A stretch of DNA of 64,000 nt from TPA_inf: Saccharomyces (Eukaryota): the NCBI GenBank assembly GCA_000146045.2, contig BK006938.2, positions 224,001 to 288,000 on the forward strand, written 5' to 3'. Position numbers and translations under genes: made by a program. The notes beneath the pieces were generated by a model. It was not told where the DNA came from, did no database searches, and worked only from the letters and a program-made list of their open reading frames with translations. Below, piece after piece: positions 62,800 through 64,000 of the stretch (the stretch's first letter is position 1; each line of letters starts with the position of its first letter).

Positions 62800-62808
62800 T
62801 TTGCCACC
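62800..62808 (-). promoter_or_regulatory. Perfect PACE element GGTGGCAAA (Rpn4 site) 105-113 bp upstream of the RPN6 ATG
   Basis: The plus strand reads TTTGCCACC, which is GGTGGCAAA on the RPN6 coding strand. Confidence 0.65.
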
Positions 62809-62912
62809 CTTGGAACCAGAAGAGAATATACATCATTCGGGGTTGCCCTGCCCATTTATATCGTATATTGTGATGATATACCTTTTTTTTTTTTTTCGCT
62901 GCGTTTTTTTTC

Positions 62913-62926
62913 TCGACACGTGTCGA
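62913..62926. promoter_or_regulatory. 14-bp perfect palindrome TCGACACGTGTCGA centred on the E-box CACGTG, flanked by T-rich tracts, in the RPN6/PMT1 divergent promoter
   Basis: Direct reading. CACGTG is the core site for bHLH factors such as Cbf1, Pho4 and Tye7. T15 and T8 runs lie just upstream. Confidence 0.5.
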
Positions 62927-63058
62927 AGAAGAGTTTGGCGTTTCTAAGCAGATCTTGATTATTTTCGAGCAGCAAAACAAGACAAACAGGTGCATTGTTA
63001 AAGCGAGGTAGTATCAGAAGAGCCTATCAAGAAACAGCTAACAGCTACAAGCACGGTC

Positions 63059-64000
63059 ATGTCGGAAGAGAAAACGTACAAACGTGTAGAGCAGGATGAT
63101 CCCGTGCCCGAACTGGATATCAAGCAGGGCCCCGTAAGACCCTTTATTGTTACCGATCCGAGTGCCGAATTGGCCTCGTTACGAACCATGGTCACTCTTA
63201 AAGAGAAGCTGTTAGTGGCCTGTCTTGCTGTCTTTACAGCGGTCATTAGATTGCATGGCTTGGCATGGCCTGACAGCGTGGTGTTTGATGAAGTACATTT
63301 CGGTGGGTTTGCCTCGCAATACATTAGGGGGACTTACTTCATGGATGTGCATCCTCCTCTTGCAAAGATGTTGTATGCTGGTGTGGCATCGCTTGGTGGG
63401 TTCCAGGGTGATTTTGACTTCGAAAATATTGGTGACAGCTTTCCATCTACGACGCCATACGTGTTGATGAGATTTTTCTCTGCTTCTTTGGGGGCTCTTA
63501 CTGTTATTTTGATGTACATGACTTTACGTTATTCTGGTGTTCGTATGTGGGTTGCTTTGATGAGCGCTATCTGCTTTGCCGTTGAAAACTCGTACGTCAC
63601 TATTTCTCGTTACATTCTGTTGGACGCCCCATTGATGTTTTTCATTGCAGCTGCAGTCTACTCTTTCAAGAAATACGAAATGTACCCTGCCAACTCGCTC
63701 AATGCTTACAAGTCCTTGCTTGCTACTGGTATTGCTCTTGGTATGGCATCTTCATCCAAATGGGTTGGTCTTTTCACGGTTACATGGGTGGGTCTTTTAT
63801 GTATCTGGAGACTATGGTTCATGATTGGGGATTTGACTAAGTCTTCCAAGTCCATCTTCAAAGTAGCATTTGCCAAATTGGCCTTCTTGTTGGGTGTGCC
63901 TTTTGCCCTTTATCTGGTCTTCTTTTATATCCACTTCCAATCATTAACTTTGGACGGGGATGGCGCAAGCTTCTTTTCGCCTGAATTTAGATCTACACTA
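63059..64000 (+). CDS. PMT1: Protein O-mannosyltransferase, N-terminal 314 codons; continues past the window end
   Basis: MSEEKTYKRVEQDDPVPELD..., then a PMT-family membrane region with the DE motif (VFDEVHFGGFASQYIRGTYFMDVHPPLAKML). There is no stop codon before position 64000. Confidence 0.9.
   Translation, partial: MSEEKTYKRVEQDDPVPELDIKQGPVRPFIVTDPSAELASLRTMVTLKEKLLVACLAVFTAVIRLHGLAWPDSVVFDEVHFGGFASQYIRGTYFMDVHPPLAKMLYAGVASLGGFQGDFDFENIGDSFPSTTPYVLMRFFSASLGALTVILMYMTLRYSGVRMWVALMSAICFAVENSYVTISRYILLDAPLMFFIAAAVYSFKKYEMYPANSLNAYKSLLATGIALGMASSSKWVGLFTVTWVGLLCIWRLWFMIGDLTKSSKSIFKVAFAKLAFLLGVPFALYLVFFYIHFQSLTLDGDGASFFSPEFRSTL

Noticed and set aside
62998-63324. 108-aa minus-strand ORF overlapping the PMT1 start (corresponds to the dubious ORF YDL096C/OPI6)
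   Set aside because: It is antisense to the conserved PMT1 N-terminus. This is an overlap artefact.

Overview
This window is an ordinary, gene-dense stretch of Saccharomyces cerevisiae nuclear DNA. The order and identity of the proteins match the left arm of chromosome IV from CDC53 (YDL132W) through the 5' part of PMT1 (YDL095W). From memory it corresponds to roughly chrIV 224001-288000 of the reference strain; I could not check this here. I count 37 well-known protein-coding genes plus one tiny and two dubious overlapping ORFs. The genes are CDC53, LYS21, STF1, RPP1B, YDL129W, VCX1, PCL2, CDC48, HNT1, YDL124W, SNA4, UBP1, YDL121C, YFH1, YDL119C, CYK3, NUP84, IWR1, YDL114W, ATG20, TRM3, RRP42, TMA17, YDL109C, KIN28, MSS2, PHO2, NSE4, QRI7, QRI1, POL3, DUN1, GET3, BUG1, SNU23, RPN6 and the start of PMT1. 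Four genes carry a spliceosomal intron whose 5' exon the six-frame track misses: RPP1B, HNT1, IWR1 and KIN28. I give exact splice junctions for these from canonical GTATGT / TACTAAC / AG signals; the joins reproduce the known protein lengths. Several track ORFs begin at non-ATG start codons that the track translates as M; I moved those to the first real ATG. I found no tRNA, rRNA, snoRNA, transposon, LTR or CRISPR-like structure. The window is essentially fully explained by conserved housekeeping genes. I see no evidence of a novel or undescribed system, and saying so is the honest answer. The points worth a second look are mainly cis-regulatory motifs that fit known biology, plus some unusual intergenic architecture. 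These are a Lys14-type site at LYS21, SCB/MCB clusters at PCL2, POL3, DUN1 and NSE4, perfect PACE elements at CDC48 and RPN6, and tandem Rap1 sites at RPP1B. The architecture points are a 24-nt poly(dA:dT) tract shared by the NSE4 and QRI7 3' ends, a 14-bp perfect CACGTG palindrome in the RPN6/PMT1 divergent promoter, and a compound TA/TG microsatellite.
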